Of a stretch of DNA of 64,000 bases, positions 9,521-18,556 are shown one piece after another. The position numbers were made by a program, and so were the translations under genes. The stretch spans positions 1 to 64,000 of IMG/VR virus record IMGVR_UViG_3300009161_000023; one strand, 5' to 3'. Origin of the DNA: a virus. The notes under the pieces are model-generated. The model made no database searches. It saw nothing but the letters and a program-made list of their open reading frames with translations, and was not told where the DNA came from. Position 1 is the first letter of the stretch; the number at the start of each line of letters is the position of its first letter.

Positions 9521-10249
9521 TTATTGATTTCTTTTTGGATATGCTTTAACTAAATTTTCAATTGCTTTATAATGTTGATTTTGTGCTTTTTTACTTCCCC
9601 TAAAGCAAAAATATCTACATTTGCTTTTTTGTTTTACAAATTGAGCATCTGGCCATTTTTTTAATATATCTTCTTTTTTTTGCGATCCTATTTTTGATCT
9701 TATAGCTCTACTTCCGTAAAGTTTTCCATTTATTAATACACCAAATCTACTACTTCCTTTGCTTTTTATATTTGGATTATTATCTCGCATACTTCCGACA
9801 TAAGTAAATCCACAAGCTTGATAAATAGTTCCAATTTCACCAGCTAATTCATCAACAGTGCATGTAATTACTTCGTATTGTGGCGGTAATAGTTTCATGC
9901 TTTGTCTGATTAGAAATGAACCTGAATAATCTGGTGCCCAATGAACACAAGCACCTCTTGCCAACAATAGCATTTTGCCTGTAAATCCAAATTTATCCCA
10001 ATGTCCAAGGTTTTCACTATATTCTGTTCCATAAACTACAACACCAGCACAATGATCTCCAAAAAACAATCCAAAGCTATATTTGGATATTGTTGGCATA
10101 CATTTTAGCCATTCATATTCAAGAATTATTTTCTTTGATTCAGAGTGTGAGATACTTCTAACTACTGCACTTTTAGAACTTAGATTTATATCTGGAATAG
10201 GATCTGTTTTAGATTTCTCTTCTCTGATGATTCTTTGATGAGCTTTCAT
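9521..10249 (-). CDS. mom: Mom-family (GNAT-fold) DNA adenine hypermodification enzyme, divergent
   Basis: VRSIS..II....MPTISKYSFGLF...GVVVYG, SFLIRQSMKLLP, D...GEIGTIYQACGFTYVG, KCRYFCF, terminal YPK: the Mom-like motif series. Confidence 0.8.
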   Translation of the reverse strand: MKAHQRIIREEKSKTDPIPDINLSSKSAVVRSISHSESKKIILEYEWLKCMPTISKYSFGLFFGDHCAGVVVYGTEYSENLGHWDKFGFTGKMLLLARGACVHWAPDYSGSFLIRQSMKLLPPQYEVITCTVDELAGEIGTIYQACGFTYVGSMRDNNPNIKSKGSSRFGVLINGKLYGSRAIRSKIGSQKKEDILKKWPDAQFVKQKSKCRYFCFRGSKKAQNQHYKAIENLVKAYPKRNQ

Positions 10250-10262
10250 AATAAACCTAAAG

Positions 10263-10335
10263 AGCGAAATTTTGGAACTGCCCCAAACCCTCTAGTCTGG
10301 ATGACTAGCGTTTCTTCTCTTGAAACTTATTTCGC
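10263..10335 (-). tRNA. Non-canonical tRNA-Gly(UCC), no encoded CCA
   Basis: GCGAAAT-AA-GTTT-CAAGAGAAG-AAAC-G-CTAGT-CATCCAG-ACTAG-AGGG-TTTGG-GGCAGTT-CCAAA-ATTTCGC-T; four fully paired stems, 73 nt. Confidence 0.88.
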
Positions 10336-10341
10336 AATTAA

Positions 10342-10370
10342 ATCTTACATTTTTTATAAATGTTTTTCAA
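10342..10370 (-). promoter_or_regulatory. Sigma70-type promoter for the tRNA-Gly/mom unit
   Basis: TTGAAA-N17-TAAGAT; tRNA G1 is the 7th nt after the -10 box. Confidence 0.7.
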
Positions 10371-10386
10371 GTGTATTTTCTTAAAA

Positions 10387-11193
10387 TTAATAAGTACTTA
10401 ATATTCTAATAATGTTTTCAATAATTTCTTTAGGTTCTTGAGAAGTCGAGAAGACTTCATCCCATTCAGAAGGTTGAATGTCCCAAGTGGTAATTTTTTT
10501 AGTTGTTGAAACTTCATTTCCCCAAGATCTTATTAAGCCTAAAGATGGGATATATTGCATGTGAATTTGGAATTGTAAGCCTCTACGCCCCATTGGAAGC
10601 TCAACTCCTCCTGCTTTGTAGATCATAGAAACAATGTAATTGTAATCATCAATTCGTACTACTTCATCAAACACCATTACGACAGGGTGATTTTGTCTAA
10701 CTTTTTCTGCTAATTTAATTACTAGTTTTAAAAAGTCTTCTTTAGAAAATTCATTTTTACAATAATCAAGATTTTTTTCATCAATACTTTTTATGTTATC
10801 GTAGATGTATTCAGCTAGTTTATTTTCATCGTTAATTCCTGATAAATGTTTGAAGTCATTTACTAAAGGATAAACTCTTTTACATATTGGTGCTGGACTT
10901 CCTTTTAGAGTTTTAATATATCTTCTTAATATTATTTTATATGATCCGAGAGGAGATACTGATATTAAAAATTTTCCAAGTCCTTCTCCAAATTCTAAAA
11001 CACTACTATTTGCTCTGTAAGGTTCTTTAGATCCAATTGATCCAAATCTCTGCATATTATTTAATAATTCTTCTGATTTCAAATATTCTATAGGATTATT
11101 TTCATAAGGATCTTTATTTGTTTGATCTTGTTTATTACCATAACCATACATTTCTTCTGGTGTTTTATTAAACCATGATTGAAATTCTAGCAT
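10387..11193 (-). CDS. Hypothetical late/virion-associated protein
   Basis: Leader MLEFQSWF..; ~268 aa. Confidence 0.65.
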   Translation of the reverse strand: MLEFQSWFNKTPEEMYGYGNKQDQTNKDPYENNPIEYLKSEELLNNMQRFGSIGSKEPYRANSSVLEFGEGLGKFLISVSPLGSYKIILRRYIKTLKGSPAPICKRVYPLVNDFKHLSGINDENKLAEYIYDNIKSIDEKNLDYCKNEFSKEDFLKLVIKLAEKVRQNHPVVMVFDEVVRIDDYNYIVSMIYKAGGVELPMGRRGLQFQIHMQYIPSLGLIRSWGNEVSTTKKITTWDIQPSEWDEVFSTSQEPKEIIENIIRILSTY

Positions 11194-11211
11194 TATCATA
11201 TATATATCTAT

Positions 11212-11520
11212 ATGAGAAAGCTTAATTTTTATGAATGGTTATTAAAAGAAGATAAAACTGCGTATAAGCAAAAGCTTACTGCATTATGTAATGCTTTAGG
11301 TTTAAAATTTAATCTTGACGATGAAGATAGTATTAAGGCTGCTGGAAATACTGATTTAAATACTTTAGACCAAGAAATTGTTCTTAATATTAAAAACAAT
11401 ATTATGTATGTTGATATAAAAAATGATGCTAAGAAAGATGCAATTGATAAATTATTAGCCAAGGCAGCTTCTGATACAGTTAAGGTTGGAGAATTAGTTA
11501 ATACAATGCTTGATAAGTAA
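11212..11520 (+). CDS. Small protein with capsid-targeting-like leader
   Basis: MRKLNFYEWLLKE start. Confidence 0.65.
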   Translation: MRKLNFYEWLLKEDKTAYKQKLTALCNALGLKFNLDDEDSIKAAGNTDLNTLDQEIVLNIKNNIMYVDIKNDAKKDAIDKLLAKAASDTVKVGELVNTMLDK

Positions 11521-11529
11521 AGGAAAATT

Positions 11530-11766
11530 ATGAATAAATATATGTTGTATCTTGCTGGTGTTATATCTGAAAATCAATTATTAGACAATGAACGACTTAC
11601 ATTAAGTGGTTCCTTAGTTTCTAAGGAAAAAGTCGAAGACCATAAAAAAATCGAAAAGATTTTTAACCTTATTAATGCAGAGATTCTTCCTCAGATTCAC
11701 GATGAAGGAACTAAAAAGATTTTGACAAATATCATACATCAATTAGTTCCAATTTTACAAGATTAA
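11530..11766 (+). CDS. Small hypothetical protein
   Basis: AAGGA RBS; LAGVISE leader typical of phage internal proteins. Confidence 0.65.
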   Translation: MNKYMLYLAGVISENQLLDNERLTLSGSLVSKEKVEDHKKIEKIFNLINAEILPQIHDEGTKKILTNIIHQLVPILQD

Positions 11767-11770
11767 ATAA

Positions 11771-11802
11771 AAAAAGCAGCCCTTTTTACAGGACTGCTTT
11801 TT
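11771..11802. terminator. Bidirectional intrinsic terminator
   Basis: AAAAAGCAGCC-loop-GGACTGCTTTTT between convergent genes. Confidence 0.75.
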
Positions 11803-11821
11803 AAATATTATATTTATAATA

Positions 11822-12379
11822 TTACATTTCTGGTATTTCAAAATCTGCTGGTTGAAATTTATGATCTTTTAGAATTTTTTCAATTTGGTGTAATGGATTT
11901 TCAATAAGTGTTCCAAGAGCACGAACATAATTTGAGTCGTTCATTCTACCAAAAGCCATTCTACCTTGCTCACCCTCCTTGTATTGACTTCTTGGATCTT
12001 TAATGTTTTGCATTGTAAGAGAAAAACCACGAATGATATCAAGTTTGTCATTATCTTCACCACTAGCAAAATTCTTTTGAAAACGAGTTAGATCATTTTG
12101 CAAATTTTTTATTATATGTTGCTCAACCCACTGTGTTTTTTCTGGATGGTCAGTATGTAGTAAAGCGAGTCCTTCTAGATTAGTATGGTGATCTTTTTCA
12201 TTATCACCTAATAACTCATCTATAGTTCTAAGTGCATAATGAATCGAATCTTGAACTCTACTGGCACTATCTGCTTTATTTCTATCTAAATGGCTATCGG
12301 TATTAAGTCTAGCCATTTCAGAGAATTCTCTGTAAAGTGATTTATCACGACTTTTAATAAACTGATTGAAACTTTTCAT
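11822..12379 (-). CDS. Putative internal head protein
   Basis: MKSFNQFIKSRDKSLYREFSE leader related to those of 7086 and 7842. Confidence 0.6.
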   Translation of the reverse strand: MKSFNQFIKSRDKSLYREFSEMARLNTDSHLDRNKADSASRVQDSIHYALRTIDELLGDNEKDHHTNLEGLALLHTDHPEKTQWVEQHIIKNLQNDLTRFQKNFASGEDNDKLDIIRGFSLTMQNIKDPRSQYKEGEQGRMAFGRMNDSNYVRALGTLIENPLHQIEKILKDHKFQPADFEIPEM

Positions 12380-12448
12380 TTTTTTCCTTTTTGATATAAA
12401 ACAATTTAATTTATATATAATTTAGCTTTTATAAATTTTAAATATAAT

Positions 12449-12850
12449 TTAAAATTTTAAATTTTCTAAAACATATTGAAAGTCTTCTGGGAGTTCACTT
12501 ATTTTAATTAATTTAGATTTAACAAACGGTAAATCATTTTTAATTGATTTTTGCACTCTATGATTACCATCTAATACATATTTGATTTTATTATTATCGC
12601 TAACAATGATTAATACAGGATATTGCAAATCAGATTTTTCAATCTTTTCAATTTCTTCTGGATTGTTTTGCCAATTTAAAACTATTTCTTTTAATTTATC
12701 TGTTGGTATATTTTCTACAGGTATATTTTTTGTTACATCAAGCAATTGTTTTAATGTTACAGTTACATCATCTCGTATCCATTTATCATCCAAGCCTTGA
12801 TTATAAATTTCTAGATGTAATTGTTCCAAGAATGTTTTAAATGATTTCAT
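12449..12850 (-). CDS. ParB/Srx-like domain protein with capsid-targeting-like leader
   Basis: MKSFKTFLEQ leader; YPVLI...VLDGNHRV motif. Confidence 0.65.
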   Translation of the reverse strand: MKSFKTFLEQLHLEIYNQGLDDKWIRDDVTVTLKQLLDVTKNIPVENIPTDKLKEIVLNWQNNPEEIEKIEKSDLQYPVLIIVSDNNKIKYVLDGNHRVQKSIKNDLPFVKSKLIKISELPEDFQYVLENLKF

Positions 12851-12874
12851 ATTACATATATTTATCATGGAACA

Positions 12875-15118
12875 TTAAAATTTTAAATCATCTAAAGAAT
12901 CAATTATTTTAATTTTATGTCCTTGTTTTTCTAATATACTTATTCTTTTTTCAGAATGCTTTTCTAAATATTCATTATTTTCAAATAAGAAGTCATAATA
13001 ATTTAAACCATTTTTATCTTTAGCTATTCTTAAGCCTCTACCCATGCGTTGAATAATTAAATGGTCAGCTGAACCACCACATGAATTTATTATGTTATGT
13101 ACGAAAACATTAATACCTGTATTAAAAATTTGTTGAGTAGCGATTGCTACTACATTACCTTGTGCTTTTTGAAGTTGGTCTATAACTTCTTGTCTTACTT
13201 CGTTGTTATCTTCGCCTTTAACCCAAAAGGCATTAGGTAATCGGTATTTTAAAATATCACCATGTTGTATTCTATCAACTAGAATTAATGTTCTTCCTGT
13301 ACATTTATTAGCAAGATTTTCAACTATATCATGAAAATAGTGATTTTCTACAATACCATGTTGTACTGCATCTTGATAAATTACATGTTCTAGCTTTGTT
13401 CCTTTTATTTTAATAAAGAAACAAGAGCTTTTTGATAGTCTTCCACGGTCTTGAAGTTCTTTAGTAGTTAAAACACCAGATTCAGTAGCAGAAGTTTTAA
13501 GAACAGGCCCAAAGAAACCTTTTACATAATATTTTTGTACCTTATCTGTTTCTCCATATTTAAATGGTGTGGCAGAAAGTCCTATTCTTATACCGCAGTT
13601 AATCATTTTCTTGTAAACAGCTTTAGGGGTTTTACTCATCATATCGTGAATTTCGTCAACAATAAGAACTTTAAATTTTGGTAATAATTTAGTTATTTTG
13701 CTACAAGATTGAACAGTAGCAACGGTAATAAGACTTGGTTGATTATAAGTATGATAAAGTCTTCCTACATTTTTAAATCCCCATTTTATTAATTCATTGT
13801 AATTTTGAATAGCAAGTGATTTGCGATTTTGAACAACTAAAATAGGAGTATTAGGAGGAAGGCATTTTATAATGCTTGTTAATATAAAAGTGTTATGAGT
13901 TACAATAAAATTATTTGTCAAATATAATTGATCTGGATGATCAACACTAATACAGATACATTCTTTAGATTCTGTATAATCAATTTTCTTAATATATCTT
14001 TTTTTGTTTTTATGATTTTTTTCGTGTAAATGTAAGGATTTTTCATTTTTTAAAATTAGCATATCTTTTGGTAAATGAATTTTATTTATAAAACATATTT
14101 TACTTTTAATTAATTTTATTTTAGTAAAAACTAATCCCCCTAAAGAATGAATTAAAAGTCTTATTTGTTCATTAAACTTTTTAGAATAAGAAATAAAATA
14201 AACTGCTTTGTTACCAATAAAGCATTTTGCTTCTAATAATCCATTTAAGAATTTTTTTCTAACTTCATAAGAGTTAAAGATATACTCATTTGGTATTTCT
14301 AATTCAGATGCTTCTACATTTTTAATATCATTAACTACTAATCCTACCATTAATCCAAAAAAGACAGGATCTGATTTAGTGGATTTTTCTTCAAAATCTA
14401 TTCTTTTTGCATTCTGAACAAAAACTTTTTTGGTTTTTATTAAATCAATAATATCTTTTGTTTGTTTTACTTCTGTTGTCTTGTTGTAAGATATTTTCCA
14501 CAAGTGATCTTCGCAGCATTCTACGACATCATTATTACTAAATGTTATTTTGCATATTTTCTTTTTACCTTGAGGAAATATCCCTTTTACAGAAGCATAT
14601 CCACCGCTTGGAACACATATTTTTTCTTTCAATTTTAAATCTTTAATTTTTTTAAACCCAGAAGGTGTTGCTACTAAAGAATTTAACGGTTGTGCTTTTC
14701 CTGAGCTTGTTGGTGCAAATACGATTCCTCTTTTGTGTTTAATGGCTTGATTGGTAAAGTCAACTTGATAATCTTCTAGTTTGATTTTTTCATGATTTTC
14801 TGGCAACCAATTGTTTAAAAAATTTTCATCTATTTCGGTTTTTACAAATTCAAATTTATCTCTTGTATCTTGAATATCATAATTTATTTCTTTTATTTTA
14901 AGTGCCATTAATATTTCTGGTAATAAACCTGTAAGAAACTTACCAGAATCTTTATTAAAAAAAGATGTATAGCCATCCCAAATTTTTTGTTTATAAAGTC
15001 TATTATGAAAATAATTTCTTTCTCTAAATTTAAGACAATTATATAGCATATCTTTTGCGGAAGTATCATTTGTAACTACTTGGCTGATATCATGCTTAAC
15101 AATTATTTTGATGGTCAT
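12875..15118 (-). CDS. uvsW: UvsW-like SF2 DNA helicase, intein-containing
   Basis: WDG, DYQ, APTSSGK/T, DEIH, GLSATP, QRMGRGLR motifs. Confidence 0.88.
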   Translation of the reverse strand: MTIKIIVKHDISQVVTNDTSAKDMLYNCLKFRERNYFHNRLYKQKIWDGYTSFFNKDSGKFLTGLLPEILMALKIKEINYDIQDTRDKFEFVKTEIDENFLNNWLPENHEKIKLEDYQVDFTNQAIKHKRGIVFAPTSSGKAQPLNSLVATPSGFKKIKDLKLKEKICVPSGGYASVKGIFPQGKKKICKITFSNNDVVECCEDHLWKISYNKTTEVKQTKDIIDLIKTKKVFVQNAKRIDFEEKSTKSDPVFFGLMVGLVVNDIKNVEASELEIPNEYIFNSYEVRKKFLNGLLEAKCFIGNKAVYFISYSKKFNEQIRLLIHSLGGLVFTKIKLIKSKICFINKIHLPKDMLILKNEKSLHLHEKNHKNKKRYIKKIDYTESKECICISVDHPDQLYLTNNFIVTHNTFILTSIIKCLPPNTPILVVQNRKSLAIQNYNELIKWGFKNVGRLYHTYNQPSLITVATVQSCSKITKLLPKFKVLIVDEIHDMMSKTPKAVYKKMINCGIRIGLSATPFKYGETDKVQKYYVKGFFGPVLKTSATESGVLTTKELQDRGRLSKSSCFFIKIKGTKLEHVIYQDAVQHGIVENHYFHDIVENLANKCTGRTLILVDRIQHGDILKYRLPNAFWVKGEDNNEVRQEVIDQLQKAQGNVVAIATQQIFNTGINVFVHNIINSCGGSADHLIIQRMGRGLRIAKDKNGLNYYDFLFENNEYLEKHSEKRISILEKQGHKIKIIDSLDDLKF
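13892..14695 (-). mobile_element. Class 3 intein (268 aa) with degenerate LAGLIDADG remnant, inserted in the Walker A motif
   Basis: GK/AQPL...THN/T junctions; W (DHLW), C (CISVD), T (VTHN) triplet; eroded FFGLMVGLVVND and FLNGLLEAKC. Confidence 0.88.
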
Positions 15119-15199
15119 TATGTCCTCTTTAGTTCTTGGGTTTATTTTAAAAAAATGTAATTAAAAAAGCAAATTATTTATCTAATTAATAAATAAAAT

Positions 15200-15706
15200 A
15201 TGAAAAAATATAAAGATTGGTTAAAAGAAGAGACTGAAATTAGTCCGCCAGCACAAGTTATGACTCCAACAGCTAGTGCTGCACCTAATACTGCACCTAA
15301 TGCTGCACCTAATGCTGCACCTAATGCTGCACCTAATGCTGCAAATTCAGTTGCACAAAAAGTTGCTTATGATTTGAATAAAAAGCAACTTAAGAAAAAG
15401 GCATGGAAAGCAAGCAAAGATGAAATAATGACATTTTGGAAATCTCTTGCGTTAGATATACCAATTCAAATTCATCCAATAACTTATGATCACAAGGGAA
15501 CGACTATTCAAGAAGATGGAATAAGAATTACTGGAACTAAAGAATTTATTGCTAGTGTCTTATCTAAGCTTAAAGATCTGGTTAATTATGAAAACGATCA
15601 AAATAAATTAATTATTTCTTATAGGCAATCACCAAAAAGCTTAGTGCCTGGTAATAAAGAAAGTTATATGTTTTATTTACAAGTTAAAAGTAGAGGTAAA
15701 GATTAA
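15200..15706 (+). CDS. Hypothetical late protein with leader and (AAPN)n repeat
   Basis: MKKYKDWLKEE; TAAATA just upstream; 12-bp GCTGCACCTAAT repeats. Confidence 0.7.
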   Translation: MKKYKDWLKEETEISPPAQVMTPTASAAPNTAPNAAPNAAPNAAPNAANSVAQKVAYDLNKKQLKKKAWKASKDEIMTFWKSLALDIPIQIHPITYDHKGTTIQEDGIRITGTKEFIASVLSKLKDLVNYENDQNKLIISYRQSPKSLVPGNKESYMFYLQVKSRGKD

Positions 15707-15876
15707 ACAACATATCTAAGATTATTTAATTTTAACCATACACAAGTACATTCTTTTTTATCTAGAATATTGAACATTTTTTTATTTATTTCTATGTTAT
15801 TTTTTTCTAAATATTCGGCAGTATTGTATATTTTTTTAGCTTTATTAATTATTAAATTTAAATCTTGTTGAATCAT
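15703..15876 (-). CDS. Small hypothetical protein (57 aa, not in ORF track)
   Basis: GGAGG RBS upstream; MIQQDLNLIINKAKKIYNTAEYLEK...LRYVV. Confidence 0.55.
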   Translation of the reverse strand: MIQQDLNLIINKAKKIYNTAEYLEKNNIEINKKMFNILDKKECTCVWLKLNNLRYVV

Positions 15877-16005
15877 AATAATTAAACCTCCAATGATATT
15901 AATAATTTATTTATATTTTTAAAAATTTTTTTGAATTATTATTCCTACCAATAATAGCATTAATAACTTTTTAAAAATATTAAATAAAAAATACTACATA
16001 ATATT

Positions 16006-16353
16006 ATGAATATTAGTTTTAAGAAATGGTTATTTAATGAAATTGAGGGTGGCTTAATAAAACCAACTGGAATTGGTTCTAATAGTACAATGTCAGCAGT
16101 TAAAGCTGCACCTATAAAACCAATAGCCTCTGCTAAAACAAATCCAGAAGATGCTTTAATATCATCAATTAAAGATGCTGCTACTTTGTATCAAAATAAA
16201 CTTAAAAATTCTGGTGTTAAGGTTAACGATTTGGCAAAAAAAGATCCAGAAGGCACATTTGATACTTTAACAAAATATGATAAAAGCCAGAGTTTATTAA
16301 AAAACAAACCAGCAGTTATGGCTGCAATTAAAGTTCTTTCTGGAGAAAAATGA
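16006..16353 (+). CDS. Small protein with capsid-targeting-like leader
   Basis: MNISFKKWLFNE start. Confidence 0.65.
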   Translation: MNISFKKWLFNEIEGGLIKPTGIGSNSTMSAVKAAPIKPIASAKTNPEDALISSIKDAATLYQNKLKNSGVKVNDLAKKDPEGTFDTLTKYDKSQSLLKNKPAVMAAIKVLSGEK

Positions 16354-16685
16354 TTAAGTTTAACGAATACATTAATTTATTTATTGAAGCCGATGCTCCT
16401 CCTCCTCCTCCTGCTGGTGGTGGTGGTGCTCCTCCTGCTGGCGGTGCCCCTCCTGCTGGTGGTAGTGATTTAGGTGGTGGATTAGGTGGCATGGGAGGTT
16501 CTTCTGCTCCAAGCCCAGTTCCTGCTGCTTCAGGTGGAGGTGGAGGTGGAGCACCACCTTCTCCTATGGGTGGAGATTTAGGTGGTGGTGGAGGCGGAAA
16601 CGCAGCTGGATTAAAATCTGCGGATATAAATTTAAAAGATGCATTTTATTATTTAAAAAAGTATTTTAACAAAGAGAAAATTTAA
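16350..16685 (+). CDS. Pro/Gly-rich disordered protein with leader
   Basis: MIKFNEYINLFIE then APPPPPAGGGG repeats. Confidence 0.65.
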   Translation: MIKFNEYINLFIEADAPPPPPAGGGGAPPAGGAPPAGGSDLGGGLGGMGGSSAPSPVPAASGGGGGGAPPSPMGGDLGGGGGGNAAGLKSADINLKDAFYYLKKYFNKEKI

Positions 16686-16689
16686 TTTC

Positions 16690-16718
16690 TTGACAAATAT
16701 AAAATAAAACAATAAATT
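16690..16718 (+). promoter_or_regulatory. Sigma70-type promoter for the gp47/gp46/RNR operon
   Basis: TTGACA-N17-TAAATT, ~30 nt before the ATG at 16750. Confidence 0.6.
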
Positions 16719-16749
16719 AAAAATATATTTTATACTTTGAGAAATTTAA

Positions 16750-17841
16750 ATGGCCAAAGTTCTATTGTTTTCAGACATTCACATCCATAATCATAAAAAA
16801 TCTTATGAAAGATTAGATGATTGTTTAAAGGCACTTCAATGGGTATTTGATACTGCTAAAAAAGAAAACATAAAAAATATAATATTTGGTGGTGATATAT
16901 TACACGAAAGACAAAAAATTGATATTTTTGTTTACAATAAAATTTATAATAGCTTGAATGAAAACCTCACAAATTCTAATATTAATTTTTATTGTTTATT
17001 AGGAAATCATGATTTATGGTTTAATGAAAAAACAAGCATTAGCGGAGTGTATCCTTTTCAATCTTTAAAAGGATTTAGAGTTGTTTCAAACCCAGAAACA
17101 ATTATAATTGAAAATTCAGAATGGGATTTTTTACCTTTTACTCATGATCCAATTGAATCATTAAGTTTTTTTGAAAAAAGTAATATTAAGAATAGATTTT
17201 TAATTGGTCATATATCAATAGATGGTGCATGTTTAAATTCTGGATCAATTTCAGATGTAATAATAGAGCATGATGGTGAAATGGTAAAGATATCAAAAGA
17301 CATCTTTGTTAATTACAAGCATTCTTTTTTTGGTCATTATCATAAATCTCAAAAGCTTGCAAAAAATGTTGAATATATTGGATCTCCTTTGGAACTATCA
17401 TTTGGAGAAGCAAAAGAAGAAAAGCATATCATTGTTTTTGATACTGATAATTGTAATAAAAAATATGTAATAAATGATTTTAGCCCAAAACACATTTATA
17501 TAAAAGAAGATGATATTGATAAAACACCAAAGGAAATATTAAGTAATAATTTTATTTGTTTACTAACCTCAGATATTTCTTCTTTAAAAACAAAGGAATG
17601 TTCTGAATATATTAAAGAAAATTGTAATCCTATTTCTTTTCAGGTAAAAACTGTTTCAACTAAAGAAGATCAGTTTTTAGATGCATCATTAATTGCAGAT
17701 GCAAAATCATTGATTATTGACGAAGAAAAAATGATTAAAATGTATGTTGAGAGTCAGGAATTGAAAACATTAGATAAAAGCATATTGATAGAAGTAGGTT
17801 CAAAAATAGTTAAAACTACAAGCGATAAATTAAATGATTAA
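16750..17841 (+). CDS. Mre11/SbcD-like recombination nuclease (T4 gp47-like)
   Basis: SDIH, GGD, GNHD, GHYH, YIGSP metallophosphoesterase motifs; adjacent to Rad50-like gene. Confidence 0.9.
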   Translation: MAKVLLFSDIHIHNHKKSYERLDDCLKALQWVFDTAKKENIKNIIFGGDILHERQKIDIFVYNKIYNSLNENLTNSNINFYCLLGNHDLWFNEKTSISGVYPFQSLKGFRVVSNPETIIIENSEWDFLPFTHDPIESLSFFEKSNIKNRFLIGHISIDGACLNSGSISDVIIEHDGEMVKISKDIFVNYKHSFFGHYHKSQKLAKNVEYIGSPLELSFGEAKEEKHIIVFDTDNCNKKYVINDFSPKHIYIKEDDIDKTPKEILSNNFICLLTSDISSLKTKECSEYIKENCNPISFQVKTVSTKEDQFLDASLIADAKSLIIDEEKMIKMYVESQELKTLDKSILIEVGSKIVKTTSDKLND

Positions 17842-18544
17842 AAAAATTATTCTACCATTAACATTAGATTATTACAACAACAATACAACTTTTAATCTTC
17901 TAGCATATTACAAAAATGTTTTAAAATTCTCAGGAGAAATAATTTTAAACATTGAAAAAAGAATGGATGATATAAATACATCTTTCACTCCCATTTCAGA
18001 TGTTTGCTTTTTTGATATTTCTTTTTTTGAAAGTAGCAGTAAGTATTTTTCAGAAACAGATGGCAATGATGATGATTATTTTGCATTAGTTTCAAATGAT
18101 TTAATTATTCAAAAGTTTAATTTGGATTGTAACTTTGATGGATTTGTAAGATATGAATCAAAAATGATTGGATTTAATAATTGCAATAAAATAAATTCAA
18201 ATTTAATAATACTTAAGAAGAAAGTTTGGCTTGAGATATATTCCTTTTATGAAATTTTTAAAAATAATTTTTCTATTTATAGAAAATTAAATCAAAAAAT
18301 ATTATTTGAAAAAATACTTGGATCTTTGTGCTTTAAAATAAAAAATATAAACAAACTAGAAATGATAAAATATAATATTAATTTAGATTATTTAAACAAT
18401 GAATTTCTTTTTGATTATTACAAACCAAATTATTTATATTTTCAAAAAAGTATTATTAAACATAGGCAAATTCACGATATTTTATTTGATCAAAATAAAG
18501 ATTTAGTTTATGCTTGGAGAGAGTTTTGTGGTGAATTCTCTTAA
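17834..18544 (+). CDS. Hypothetical protein
   Basis: 236-aa ORF coupled between gp47 and gp46. Confidence 0.6.
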   Translation: MIKKIILPLTLDYYNNNTTFNLLAYYKNVLKFSGEIILNIEKRMDDINTSFTPISDVCFFDISFFESSSKYFSETDGNDDDYFALVSNDLIIQKFNLDCNFDGFVRYESKMIGFNNCNKINSNLIILKKKVWLEIYSFYEIFKNNFSIYRKLNQKILFEKILGSLCFKIKNINKLEMIKYNINLDYLNNEFLFDYYKPNYLYFQKSIIKHRQIHDILFDQNKDLVYAWREFCGEFS

Positions 18545-18556
18545 AGCAAGAAAAAT

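Noticed and set aside
10297-10303. Reading the tRNA as Met (CAT) or as a degraded pseudo-tRNA
   Set aside because: The 5-bp stem centres UCC in a 7-nt loop, acceptor and discriminator identity is Gly, and all four stems pair fully, which argues against decay.
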